DNA of 64,000 bases from Candidatus Multivorans sp. Lineage in GTDB: Bacteria > Acidobacteriota > Thermoanaerobaculia > Multivoradales > Multivoraceae. Location of the stretch: the NCBI GenBank assembly GCA_965224025.1, contig OZ245033.1:3936001-4000000 (forward strand), in the 5' to 3' direction. The position numbers were made by a program, and so were the translations under genes. Positions 19,347-29,426 of the stretch are shown here, piece after piece (position 1 is the first letter of the stretch; each line of letters begins with the position of its first letter). The notes below the pieces were generated by a model that had not been told where the DNA came from, ran no database searches, and saw only the letters and a list, made by a program, of their open reading frames with translations.

Positions 19347-19371
19347 GGGAGTCCGGGCGTTCAGACTCCGG

Positions 19372-19829
19372 CTATCTCCACTCCGGGACAATGCCGTTCT
19401 CGCGGAGAAACTCGTCCGCCATCCGGACGATCCGCTCCTCCTGGTACGCATGGAAGGCACGCACGGCGCCTTGGTCGCGGACATCCCGCTTCCATCGCCC
19501 AATCGATCTGGAGTACGCCGCCATCCCGTGCCGCCAGCGATCGTCGTCGTCGGTCCAGTCGACCGCAGGAATCGCCGGAGGATGTCGTGGTGACCGCCGT
19601 GGCTGAGGCCCGGAATCTCCAGATAGCGCTCCGGTTCCGCCAGTACCTGGTCCCAACCTTCCCGGTTCTCGCGACCCACTCCAGAATACGACTCGGCCTT
19701 GTCATCGTCGCTGTACAGCCAGACGACATCGCCCGTGAGCCGGTCGAGGTAGGTCGATTGCGGAATCGGGTCGTGGAAGTCGACGTCACGGCCAAAGGCC
19801 AGCAAGAAGAAAGTCCGGTCGATAGCCAA
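19372..19829 (-). pseudogene. UPF0158-family protein, frameshifted near 19561
   Basis: YLDRLTGDVVW...EPERYLEIP...HHDILRRFLRS continues in another frame as DWTDDD...FLRENGIVPEWR; one base appears to be missing. Confidence 0.7.
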
Positions 19830-19845
19830 GCTCCAACCGCCCGTT

Positions 19846-22377
19846 TCAAGCTGCCCCGCGGAGCATTGGCCGACGGTCATGACTGCGTGTGACCGCAGGA
19901 GGCTGGCGGCACCTTGAGGATCCAGAATCGCCCCGGCCTCTGCGCGACGGCGCGTAGCGCGTGTAAACGGCCATGCCGGGGCCGATGGCGGCCTGCGCGA
20001 GGTCGACCGGGGCCACGTTGCCGGTCTGGAGAAGACGGAGGGCCCGGGGAAGTTCGGAGCGAAGCGCGGTCAGGAACTCGCGGCGGGTGGCGAGCGGAGC
20101 GTCGGCGGGGCGGCGTCGGCAGACGAGGACGATGCTGGAGGCGAGAGCGTTGGTTCCTTTGGCGAGGATTCGCCCTGCTCCCTCGGTGCGCATCGGCCAA
20201 GTGCCGGTGACCGAGAAGCCCGACCCGATTAGGGCTCCAAGAAACGTCTCCCAACCAGTACTCGTTGTTCCGCTAGCGCCCCTTCTCTCGGATTGCTTGA
20301 AGGCGTAGTAGACCGTGATTGGGAAGCCCGTATGAGCCTGCTCGGCTAGCCGTTGCATTGCCCGCGTCATCCCAGCCAGGAAGAAGGTCTCCGCAGCGGC
20401 CTTACCTCCATGACGGTATGGCGATGCCACCAGTTCCTCGCTCTTCGGCACCGCTAGCGTTGAGAAGAGATCTGGAAAAACGAACGGTACGGAACGCCGC
20501 AGCCAGACGTAGAAATAGTCCGACAGGTCGGCGTAGCCGATGTTGTCGTAGTAAGGAGGATCGGTCGAAACGACTCTGCTCGTGGCTGAGGCTTGGCTCG
20601 CTGCGTCCATCTGCCTGCTCCACGCAGCCCGCTGCGCCGGGAGTGCTTCGATCGCCATTGCCCCCTTGGCGATGGCGGCATCGAAACTGCCCCCGAGTCC
20701 GGCGAACGAGTTCGCCTCGGCGAAGTCCCACATCATCGGGATCGCCTGTCGAGCGAAGGTCTCCCGGAAGGCACCTCGATCACTCATCCAGGAGGTAATC
20801 GAAGAGTTGACGTTCGAGGTCTTCGACACCGCTAGCGCCAGATACACCCCTACCGCCTCGGCGTAGGCGGTCGCACCGCTGCCGCCGTCGCGTAGTGGGC
20901 GGCCGTCGTCGGGCACACCGGCTGCAACAGCGTCTCGGCGCACCCGGGCCATGGCCTCGCCGACCAGGTCGGAGAACGTCGCTAGGGCCACGAGCTGACG
21001 GGGCGTGAAGAGGTCGCCGAAGGAACGGAGACCGTAGTTGGGAGTCTTGAAGTCGCGTGGGTTCTCTGGAAGCGGCATGTCTGGCTTCCAGGGCACCGAG
21101 AGGTTCTCGGCTACGACCTCCTGCTGCCTTGTCGGCGTGAGATACACCCGAGTCCGGTCACCCTCGGCCACGATTGCCATCAGGCGCGCGCTCATGGCCC
21201 CCAGGCACCCCTGAGTACGAATGTGGTCGTAAGAGACGGGGACTCCAGGAACACCCGACATGAGACACCGAAAAGCCTGGCGTTTTCCGGCCGCCGTCCC
21301 CGCCTTCGTCGCCGCCAGATCCGCCGGCACCCCTGCCTTCACCTCGAACCGATAGTCCCGTCCCTCAATCACCGGCTCAACGTAGGCCTCCTTGCCCTTC
21401 TTCGTCGACAACATGAACGTCGACGCCAGCGGTACGTCGACATCGGCAAACGCCGGGTTCGGACTCTTCACCGTCCGTGCCCACAGCCAGGCGATCACGG
21501 TCAGCTTCCGGCCCTTGTACGGCGCCAGATCGGGTCGCGCCCGCACCATGGCCGGTGTGATCTCGACATCCGGATAGAAATGGCCGATCCGCTTCTGCGC
21601 CTCCTCCCGCATCCACCGACCGTAGTAGCGCACATCCTCAGCGAGTCCCTGCGCGCCACGCCACGACTTCGCCGCGATCTCTTGCCCACCCCGTGATTCC
21701 GGATTCACGGGCGACCGGCCGGCGAACTTCGGGGGAATCTCGATCATCGCCTTGTTGATGAGCACCGCCACTGGGTTCAGGTCGCTGGCGTGCGCTTCGA
21801 GGCCCAGCCGCTGCGCCTCCAGCGGCAACGCGCCGCCGCCGGCGAACGGATCGTGGAAGGCCGGCAGCCTGTGCCTGTCGAACAACTCCGCCGCCCGCGG
21901 ATGATCGGCGTTCTCCGCGCACACCCGGCGCCAGCTCTGCCGGATCTCGCTTCGCGCCTGCTCCAGGAGATCCCTATTCGTCGTGTTCTCCCACTTCACG
22001 AGCTCCCGCAGGATCCCGAACAGCCTCTCACGCTCCTGCTCGGCGAGGATCTCTCCAAGCAGCAGGCGCTCGTACGAGCCACCCGCCCCCTCCGCCCCCG
22101 GTTCGGTCTTCGTCCCTGCCGCCTGCCGCCTCCGAAGTTCACGCCGTGCCGCCCGCATCTTCACCGGGTCCGACATCAGTACATCGACGTACTCCGATGG
22201 ATCGTCCACCATCTGCGCGAAGATCACCGCCCGAGCCGCCGCCAGCGGTCGTCGCGCCCACCACAGATGAAGCGTCGACGGATGCCCGTGCCGGATCGAC
22301 TTCTCGCGCGCCGAAGCCGCGTTGATCGCGTCTAGCGGCAGCGCCACCTCGATCAGCTTTCTGCGGCAGAGGCTCAT
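19846..22377 (-). pseudogene. DUF1156 amino-DNA methyltransferase, allele A, C-terminally truncated (silent or incomplete cassette)
   Basis: [30 protein letters not shown] (motif I) and TDPPYYDNI (motif IV). Homology stops after AVYTRYA at 19951; the last 190 aa present in allele B are missing. Confidence 0.88.
19951..20891 (-). repeat. 941-bp inverted repeat, left copy (pairs with 29734-30674)
   Basis: Ends read manually (paired coordinates sum to 50625). Several ORF-track translations are identical on opposite strands, e.g. 20319-20798 vs 29827-30306, 20582-20866 vs 29759-30043 and 19973-20308 vs 30317-30652. Confidence 0.95.
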
Positions 22378-22465
22378 GGATGAGGGTCTTGCGGTCAGAC
22401 TGCGATACAGCAGTTCGGTTCGCTAGCTCCGAAGTTCACAAGCGGTAGGCGTGAAGTTCGCCCGC

Positions 22466-23326
22466 CTACCAAGTCGCCACCCACATGAAGGTCTGCACGT
22501 CGATGAAGTCCCGCGGCTCAAGGTCGGCAAGTTCGTCACGAACGAACCGGCAGAAGTCGCGGATCCGCCGGTAGCCGTCCCAGGTCACGTGAGGGCTGTA
22601 GCCCACGTCGTACCACCACGCGCCGGCGGCCGCCTTGACGCTGTTCGGCTTGACCAGGACTTCTCGATCAGGAAACAGGATCCAGGGGAAGTACGTCGAG
22701 GCGGGCCACCTGGCGACTCCCAGGTTGTCCAGGAGAGACACGAACCGTTCGAACCGGATTCTCTCCGCATCCGCACCGTAGAGAAGTTCTCTCAACCTGA
22801 CGGCAAAGGCGTGTTCTTTCTCGGAGCTTCCCAAGACCTGTTTCCACAGGAGGTCCGACTCTCGCCAGCCGACGACGTTGGTCAGGGACTTTCTGGCTCG
22901 TTCGCACGCTTCTCGGTAGTTCTTCTCGTCGAGAAGGCCATCGAGGCCGTCCCGGCCCAGCAGGGCGACCGCTTCCTGGCGCGCGTTGTCCTTGTAGTTC
23001 CGTTCGCCTTGGAGATAGGGGTCGCCGTGGAAACCGCCGGGGTACTCCTTGAGAAAGTACTCGATGCACTGCTTGGCGTTGCGATAGGACCGTTTCTGCC
23101 CTTCCTGCGAAGAAGCGCCGATGTCCATCCGATCAAGGCGCCAGTGACTGGGTCTGGGATCGAGAGGGGTCAGCGGGAACCTCGTCAGCAGGATGTTCCT
23201 GATGCCCTCGTCGACGAAGAAGATACGGGCCTTGCCAGCCTGGAGGTCCAGCACCTGCCCCAGCCCAAGCTTGGGGTGGCGAACCCGGTCGCCCCGCCTG
23301 AGTTCGGTACCGGCTCCGCGGCTCAT
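22466..23326 (-). CDS. DUF3553-like protein (N-terminal SH3/Tudor-like domain, helical C-terminus)
   Basis: GDRVRHPKLGLGQV...RIFFVDEG and C-terminal PRDFIDVQTFMWV; ATG overlaps the HEPN stop (ATGA). Confidence 0.65.
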   Translation of the reverse strand: MSRGAGTELRRGDRVRHPKLGLGQVLDLQAGKARIFFVDEGIRNILLTRFPLTPLDPRPSHWRLDRMDIGASSQEGQKRSYRNAKQCIEYFLKEYPGGFHGDPYLQGERNYKDNARQEAVALLGRDGLDGLLDEKNYREACERARKSLTNVVGWRESDLLWKQVLGSSEKEHAFAVRLRELLYGADAERIRFERFVSLLDNLGVARWPASTYFPWILFPDREVLVKPNSVKAAAGAWWYDVGYSPHVTWDGYRRIRDFCRFVRDELADLEPRDFIDVQTFMWVATW

Positions 23327-23679
23327 GGTGGGACCTTCATTTCGTCCGCCATCCGCTCGACCGCCGCCGCCAGCGTCGGAAGGTCCAGTTCCACCACAGT
23401 CCAGACCGCTTCGAGGTCGATCCCTAGGTAGTCGTGCACAAGCACGTTGCGAAAGCCGGCGATAGCGCGCCACGGGATGTCCGGCTCCGTGACCCTGAGA
23501 GAGTCACTCAGGCGCTGCGTGGACTCGGCGATGATCTGCAGATTGCGTACGACGGCATCCTGCACCAAGGGCGAATCGAAGAAGCTGGATCTGTCGCCGC
23601 CGGTGTACTCGCCGATGCGGGAAATACGCTCGCGGATGTACTCCAGCAACACCAGATCGGTTTCCGCGCCGGCCTTCAC
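23323..23679 (-). CDS. HEPN/DUF86 (HepT-like) RNase toxin
   Basis: QDAVVRNLQIIAES and IPWRAIAGF-RNVLVH-DY (Rx4H motif); GTG overlaps the MNT stop. Confidence 0.9.
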   Translation of the reverse strand: MKAGAETDLVLLEYIRERISRIGEYTGGDRSSFFDSPLVQDAVVRNLQIIAESTQRLSDSLRVTEPDIPWRAIAGFRNVLVHDYLGIDLEAVWTVVELDLPTLAAAVERMADEMKVPP

Positions 23680-23960
23680 AGGAGTTGGGCTTCTCGCAGG
23701 ATGCGGCCTCGGAAGGCGGGATGCAGGCAACCCTCCGTGACCACGTCCACTCGCCGCCCCAGCAGGTCCTGAACGTCCATCAGCAGCGCTCCGAGAGCAA
23801 GACCGCTCTTGCCGCCAGGCAAGGTCACGAGCAAGTCCACGTCGCTCTGTTCGTCCGCGTCCCCGCGCGCCATGGAGCCGAACACCCGCACGTCCTGAAG
23901 ACCATGACGGTCGGCCAGAGCGCGTATCGCCGCCCTGTGGGATTCGATCAGGGAGTGCAT
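23676..23960 (-). CDS. Minimal nucleotidyltransferase (MntA-like) antitoxin; in frame with the upstream recombinase
   Basis: VFGSMARGDADEQSDVDLLV (GSx10DxD) and LLGRRVDVVT; own ATG at 23960. Confidence 0.88.
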   Translation of the reverse strand: MHSLIESHRAAIRALADRHGLQDVRVFGSMARGDADEQSDVDLLVTLPGGKSGLALGALLMDVQDLLGRRVDVVTEGCLHPAFRGRILREAQLL

Positions 23961-24995
23961 GCGTGATCTGCGAGGTAACCCCGGTTCCGCGGACGTCGTT
24001 GAATCGGACACACTTCGGTCTGGTGAGCGCTTCAGCGGATCCCGGATCCTAGCAGCGGGGGCCGGTCGACGTGGGCGTGACGCCGGAGTCGAAGTGGCCG
24101 CTGCCTTTGCTCTGTTGCCGCCGCCCTCCAGGATCGAAGCGATGGCGGCGCCGACTCGCTCTGCCGCCGCTTCGGTGTCTCGATCGCTGATGTGTGCGTA
24201 CCGCAGGGTCATCCGTGCTTGCGTGTGTCCGAGCAGGCGGGAGACGACCGGCAACGGCACCGACCGCATCACCGCGTGGCTGGCAAAGGTATGCCGGAGG
24301 TCGTGCAGCCGCGCATCCTCGATACCGGCTTCCCTGCGCACCTTGCGCCAGAGCGACAGCTCCGAGGAGCGGGTCAGCGACGGGTCGTCTAGGCGCGGGA
24401 AGACGAACTGACTGCCTGTCCGGGGCTGCCGGGCCAGGATGCCTCCCGCCCGGGTCCCCAGGTAGACCACGCGCGGCCCCGTCTTGCTGTCCGTCAGATG
24501 AAGCGCGTGCCCGTCGACCTCCGACCAGCGAAGACCAACGAGTTCGCCCTTCCGGCATCCAGTGAGCAGCAGAAGGCGGATGATGTCGGCCTGTTGCCTC
24601 CCGGATCCCCGCCCCTGGTGCGCGTCGAGCGCCGCATGTAGTCGATTGACTTCGGTGCGCGAAAGGAATCGGGTCCGCTTCGGTCGCGAGTTGCGAGTTA
24701 CACCGCGCGTCGGGTTCGACGGCAGGTAGCCGCACGCGACGGCGTAGTTCAGAATCTGTCGCAGCACGTCGAGCACGCGATTCGCGCCCCCAGGCGCGGT
24801 CAAACTGTAGCGGTCGAACCACTCGTGCACGTCTTGCCGGGCGATCCGGTCGAGGGGGAGCGCGCCGAAAGCCGGAAGCAGCTCGCTCCGCAACGCGCTG
24901 TCCATGCGGCGGCGGGTCGACGGTTTGCAGCGGTCGTAACAGGCCGCTCGCCAAGGACCCGCCACGAAGTCCAGGAAGCTCGGCGCCGCGTCCAT
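23676..24995 (-). CDS. Tyrosine recombinase 2 (no stop codon before the MNT domain)
   Basis: LLTGCRKGE, DSKTG, HDLRHTFAS, LLGH and TLRY catalytic set; ATG 24995 lies just after the recombinase 1 stop. Confidence 0.88.
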   Translation of the reverse strand: MDAAPSFLDFVAGPWRAACYDRCKPSTRRRMDSALRSELLPAFGALPLDRIARQDVHEWFDRYSLTAPGGANRVLDVLRQILNYAVACGYLPSNPTRGVTRNSRPKRTRFLSRTEVNRLHAALDAHQGRGSGRQQADIIRLLLLTGCRKGELVGLRWSEVDGHALHLTDSKTGPRVVYLGTRAGGILARQPRTGSQFVFPRLDDPSLTRSSELSLWRKVRREAGIEDARLHDLRHTFASHAVMRSVPLPVVSRLLGHTQARMTLRYAHISDRDTEAAAERVGAAIASILEGGGNRAKAAATSTPASRPRRPAPAARIRDPLKRSPDRSVSDSTTSAEPGLPRRSRMHSLIESHRAAIRALADRHGLQDVRVFGSMARGDADEQSDVDLLVTLPGGKSGLALGALLMDVQDLLGRRVDVVTEGCLHPAFRGRILREAQLL

Positions 24996-24996
24996 C

Positions 24997-25959
24997 TCAG
25001 CCGTCAAGCGCGTCCCCGACGGTCTCCACGGCCTCACGCGCCATCGCGTCGGCGAAATGGATGTACTTGAGCGTCGTTGCCGGGTCGCGGTGACCAAGCA
25101 ATCGGCCGATTGTCGGCACCGCTTCACCCCGGCGCAAGGCGAAGCTCGCGTAGCTGTGCCGCAGATCGTGCAGCCGGACCTCGGGCACCCGGGCCGCCTC
25201 GCGCAGAGAGCGCCAGATGCCGTAGAGCGAATCTGCTGTCATTGGGCCGCAACGCCGGGGTGCGGGGAAGACCCAGCGAGCGCTCCGGGGAAGGCCGTCA
25301 AGCACTTTGCGCGTCACCGACGACAGCCATACGGTGCGCGGTCCAGTCTTGCTGTCGCTGAGGAAGAGATGGCCTTCGCGATAGTCCCGCCATTCGAGCG
25401 TGCGGATCTCGCTCTGCCGGCAGCCGGTCAGGAGCAGGAGCCTGATGACCGCCACAGGGTTGGGCGCGGTTCCCTCCTTTGCGGCCAGAACAGCCCCTAG
25501 GCGACGTATCTCGCGCCCGGTCAGGAACCGCTCCCGGCCCCGCCGCCGGTAGCGTCGGAGACCTCTGCACGGATTGCTGTCTTCCGCTCGATAGCCGTAA
25601 ATCTCGGACTGACGCAGGATGAGGGACAGGATGGGGAGGGAGCGGTTTGCCGCTGCCGGCGTCGCGTGCAAGGAGGCGAACCATCGGCGAACTTCGGCAG
25701 TCGTGACGTCTGCGATCGGCCGGCCCTTGAACCACGGCAGGATCTGGTTGCGGAGGTAGGACCGGTTGACAGCGACGGTTCCGGGCTTCCATCTGTGTCC
25801 GTAGCGGCGGAAGACCTGCTTGGCGACCGTCTCGAAGCTCCTCGTTTCATTCGGCGACTGGGGATCGGCCTCCTGACGCGCCGAAGTTGCCGACCCGCTC
25901 GCAGGAGTCCGCCGGGAAGGCAACGCCGCAGCATCGGCGCCGGCTACAGTGCGGGCCAC
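24997..25959 (-). CDS. Tyrosine recombinase 1 (core-binding and catalytic domains; start uncertain)
   Basis: LLTGCRQSE, DSKTG, HDLRHSYAS, LLGH and TLKY; no arm-binding domain visible. Confidence 0.88.
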   Translation of the reverse strand: MARTVAGADAAALPSRRTPASGSATSARQEADPQSPNETRSFETVAKQVFRRYGHRWKPGTVAVNRSYLRNQILPWFKGRPIADVTTAEVRRWFASLHATPAAANRSLPILSLILRQSEIYGYRAEDSNPCRGLRRYRRRGRERFLTGREIRRLGAVLAAKEGTAPNPVAVIRLLLLTGCRQSEIRTLEWRDYREGHLFLSDSKTGPRTVWLSSVTRKVLDGLPRSARWVFPAPRRCGPMTADSLYGIWRSLREAARVPEVRLHDLRHSYASFALRRGEAVPTIGRLLGHRDPATTLKYIHFADAMAREAVETVGDALDG

Positions 25960-25995
25960 GGTACTTGAGTTCGGGCTGATGGTATGGTTTCCCAT

Positions 25996-26235
25996 ATGAA
26001 GACGACCCTCAATATCGATGATTCTGTGATGCAGCGCCTGCGGGAGGAGGCGGCCCGGCGGGGCACCACCATGTCCGCCCTGGTCGAAGCGGGGCTTCGC
26101 CGCGTTCTTGCCCCGCCCGAGGCCGAAGCGGGAAGCCCCGAAGACTTGCCGCCGCTGCCGAGTTGGAACAGCGGCGGACATCTGGTCGACATTGCAAACC
26201 GGGACGAGCTCTACCGCGCGATGGAAGAAGACTAG
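25996..26235 (+). CDS. VapB-like ribbon-helix-helix antitoxin
   Basis: MKTTLNIDDSVMQRLREEAARRGTTMSALVEAGLR; abuts the PIN gene. Confidence 0.87.
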   Translation: MKTTLNIDDSVMQRLREEAARRGTTMSALVEAGLRRVLAPPEAEAGSPEDLPPLPSWNSGGHLVDIANRDELYRAMEED

Positions 26236-26676
26236 TTGCTGGTCTTCGATACGAACGTGCTCATCCATGCAGCGGACGAGCACTCGCAGTTGAATGGTCT
26301 TTGCCGCCGTCGCCTGAACGAGGCGCGCCGGGATTCGGCACCCGTGTTTCTCACCTGGAGCGTTTGCTACGAGTTCCTACGGGTCAGCACCCATCCGCGC
26401 GTCTTCCGGTCGTCCTTGACTCCTGCCGCGGCTGGCCGCTTCATCGCGAACCTGCTGGCCTCGCCCGCATTCGAAGTGCTCGTGGCAACACCGCGTCACG
26501 CAGCCGTTCTCGGTCAAACGTTGTCTGAACTCCCGGAACTCAGGGGAAACACGATGCATGACCTGCACACGGCCGTCCTGATGCGCGAACACGGCGTCAG
26601 CCGGATCTGCACCCTTGACAGGGACTTTCTTCGCTTTCCCTTCCTCACGGTCGTCGACCCGTTGGGCGAGTCGTGA
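26236..26676 (+). CDS. VapC-family PIN RNase toxin
   Basis: [27 protein letters not shown] and TLDRDF acidic residues intact; stop overlaps the methylase B start (GTGA). Confidence 0.9.
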   Translation: MLVFDTNVLIHAADEHSQLNGLCRRRLNEARRDSAPVFLTWSVCYEFLRVSTHPRVFRSSLTPAAAGRFIANLLASPAFEVLVATPRHAAVLGQTLSELPELRGNTMHDLHTAVLMREHGVSRICTLDRDFLRFPFLTVVDPLGES

Positions 26677-27928
26677 ATCCGCCACAGGCGGCATCCCGAA
26701 CCCGGAGGAAGCTGATCGAGGTGGCCCTGCCGCTCGATGCGATCAATGCGGCGTCGGCACGTGAAAAGTCGATCCGGCACGGGCACCCGTCAACGCTCCA
26801 TCTGTGGTGGGCGCGGCGGCCGCTGGCGGCGGCGCGGGCGGTGATCTTCGCGCAGATGGTCGACGATCCCTCGGAGTACGTCGATGTGTTGCTCTCGGAC
26901 CCGGTGAAGGAGCGGGCTGCGCGGCGTGAATTGCGAAGGCGACTGGCGGAAGGAACGAGGATCGAGCCGCGGTCGGAGGCGTCAGACCGCAGGAGCGCGC
27001 CACTCGTCGCGGGACCCCGGACGCCTGCCGGGTCGGAGGGGGCGGGCGGCACGGAAGAGCGCAAGTTGCTCGGCGACGTCATCGCCGAGCAGGAGCGGGA
27101 GCGTCTGTTCGGGATCCTGCGGGAACTCGTGAAGTGGGAGAACACGACCAACGATGAACTGCTTGAGCAGGCACGGAGCGAGATCCGGCAGAGCTGGCGG
27201 CGGGCGTGCGCGGAGAACGCCGATCATCCGCGGGCCGCTGAGTTGTTCGACCGGCACAAGCTGCCTGCCTTCCATGATCCGTTCGCCGGCGGCGGCGCAC
27301 TGCCGCTGGAGGCGCAGCGGCTGGGCCTCGAAGCGCACGCCAGCGACCTGAACCCGGTCGCCGTGTTGATCTGCAAGGCGATGATCGAGATTCCGCCGAA
27401 GTTCGCGGGCCAGCCGCCGGTTAACCCGGAATCGCGGGGCGAGACTGCCCTTGTGTCGAAGTCGTGGCGCGGAGCGCAGGGCTTGGCCGAGGATGTCCGC
27501 TACTACGGCCGCTGGATGCGCGAGGAGGCGCAGAAGCGGATCGGCCATCTGTATCCGAACGTGGAGGTCACGCCGGAGATGGTCCGGGAGCGGCCCGACC
27601 TGAAGCAGTACGAGAGTCGAAAGCTGACGGTGATCGCCTGGCTATGGGCGCGGACGGTGAAGAGTCCGAACCCGGCGTTTGCGGATGTTGAGGTGCCGCT
27701 CGCGTCGACGTTCATGCTGTCGACGAAGAAGGGAAAGGAGGCGTACGTCGAACCGGTGATCGAGGGTCGTGGGTACGGGTTCACGGTGAAGGCGGGCGAA
27801 CCGCCCGATCCGGCTGCGGCCAAGGCGGGAACGAAGGTGTCCCGCGGGAGCTTTAGGTGCCTCATGTCGGATGTTCCGATCCGGTACGAGTACATCAACG
27901 ACGAAGCCAATGCCGGCCGAATGAGAGA

Positions 27929-29426
27929 GCCTCTTTCGAGTTGCGAGTGGGTAGGGCGCGGGCGAGTGCAGATGCTGAGGGGGTCTTGGGAGAGCGGCCT
28001 CCGCCGCCGTAGCCGCCGCCGTCGGGCTGTGGAATCTGCGGAAGACCGGTAGCGGCGAGGGCGCAAGCTGTCCGGTGGGGAGGGCGTTCGCGGCGATTTC
28101 GGGTGGCGGCTGTAGTCGCGGGCGATCGGAATGAGCAAGACTCGTCTCTCCTGTTCCGACTGAAGGAGGACGAGAGATGCAGAGGGAATTGTTCGCGAGA
28201 GCGCTGGGCGTGTCGGCGCCGTGGTTCGTTGACGGCGTGGACTTCTGTGAGAGGGAGCGTCGGTTGACGATACGGATCGACTTCAGGAAGGGCAGCCGAT
28301 TCGCCCACGAGGGGGACGGCGGTTCTCATCCGGTGCACGACACGCAGATCAAGCGCTATCGGCACCTCAACTTCTTCCAGCACGAGTGCCTGCTCGAGGC
28401 GCGAGTGCCCCGTGTGCGACTCCCCGACCAGCGGGTGGCGTTGGTGACTCCGCCCTGGTCGGGCAGATTGTCCGGCTTCACGCTGCTGTTCGAAGCCTTG
28501 ATTCTGGCCATGTGCCGAGACATGACCTTCGCTGCGGTGGCCCGGTTGACCGGGGTGTCGTGGCATCGGGTGCACGCGATCTGCAAGCGCTACGTCGAGC
28601 TGGCGGTCGACCGGGACGACCTCTCCGAACTGCGCCACGTGGCCATTGACGAGACTTCCCGCGCCAAGGGGCACGACTACGTGACCGCGGTCGCCGACAG
28701 CGAGCGCCGGCGCGTGGTGTTCCTCGCCGAGGGACGCAAGTCCGGCACGATCGAGGAGTTCGCCGACGATCTGCAAAGGCGCGGCGGCGATCCCGCCGCG
28801 ATCAGCCGGGCGTCCATCGACATGTCGGCCGCCTTCCTCAAGGGCGTCGCCGAGAATCTCCCCAACGCCGAGGTGACCCTCGACAAGTTCCACGTCATGG
28901 CCCTGGCCTCGAAGGCGGTGGACGAGACCCGGCGCCTCGAACAGCGCCTCGATCCGTCGCTGAAGGGCCTGCGCTGGACGCTGCTCAAGAACCGCGACTC
29001 CCTGACGCCGGCCCAACGGGCCGACCTCGACCGCTTCGTCAAGAGGGTCGCCAGCCGACGCACCGCACGCGCCTGGCTCTATCGGGAGCAACTCCGCGAA
29101 ATTCTCAACCGCAAGCAGATCAACGTCGTGCTGCGAATGCTCCATCAGTGGTGCACCAACGTGAACCGCTCCAAGGTCGAACCCATGAAGGCCGTCGCCC
29201 GCACCATCCGAAAGCACCTGCAAGCGATCGCTGCCTGGGCGCGAACCCGGCAGACCAACGGCTTCCTCGAAGCCCTCAACGGACTCTTCCAGTCCGCCAA
29301 ACGCAAGGCCAGAGGCTACAAGCGATTCGACACCATACGCATCGCCTTCTTCCTCATCGCCGGCAAACTCGACTTCCACACGCTCAACCCGCACACCGCT
29401 TGACCCACTCGTAATTCAAAAGAGCC
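27929..29426 (+). mobile_element. ISL3-family insertion sequence (1498 bp)
   Basis: Terminal IRs GCCTCTTTCGAGTTGCGAGTGGGT / ACCCACTCGTAATTCAAAAGAGCC (20/24 match); 8-bp target duplication ATGAGAGA at 27921-27928 and 29427-29434. Confidence 0.96.
28177..29403 (+). CDS. ISL3 transposase
   Basis: RHLNFFQHEC, AIDETS, SIDMSAAF, LDKFHV and TNGFLEALN...KRKARGY; GGAGG RBS. Confidence 0.95.
   Translation: MQRELFARALGVSAPWFVDGVDFCERERRLTIRIDFRKGSRFAHEGDGGSHPVHDTQIKRYRHLNFFQHECLLEARVPRVRLPDQRVALVTPPWSGRLSGFTLLFEALILAMCRDMTFAAVARLTGVSWHRVHAICKRYVELAVDRDDLSELRHVAIDETSRAKGHDYVTAVADSERRRVVFLAEGRKSGTIEEFADDLQRRGGDPAAISRASIDMSAAFLKGVAENLPNAEVTLDKFHVMALASKAVDETRRLEQRLDPSLKGLRWTLLKNRDSLTPAQRADLDRFVKRVASRRTARAWLYREQLREILNRKQINVVLRMLHQWCTNVNRSKVEPMKAVARTIRKHLQAIAAWARTRQTNGFLEALNGLFQSAKRKARGYKRFDTIRIAFFLIAGKLDFHTLNPHTA

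Noticed and set aside
19348-19369. GGAGTC...GACTCC hairpin after etfA as a terminator
   Set aside because: Short stem with no U-tract; too weak to call.
25960-26283. N-terminal extension of recombinase 1 in the ORF track
   Set aside because: It overlaps the vapB/vapC genes on the opposite strand and does not resemble an integrase domain.
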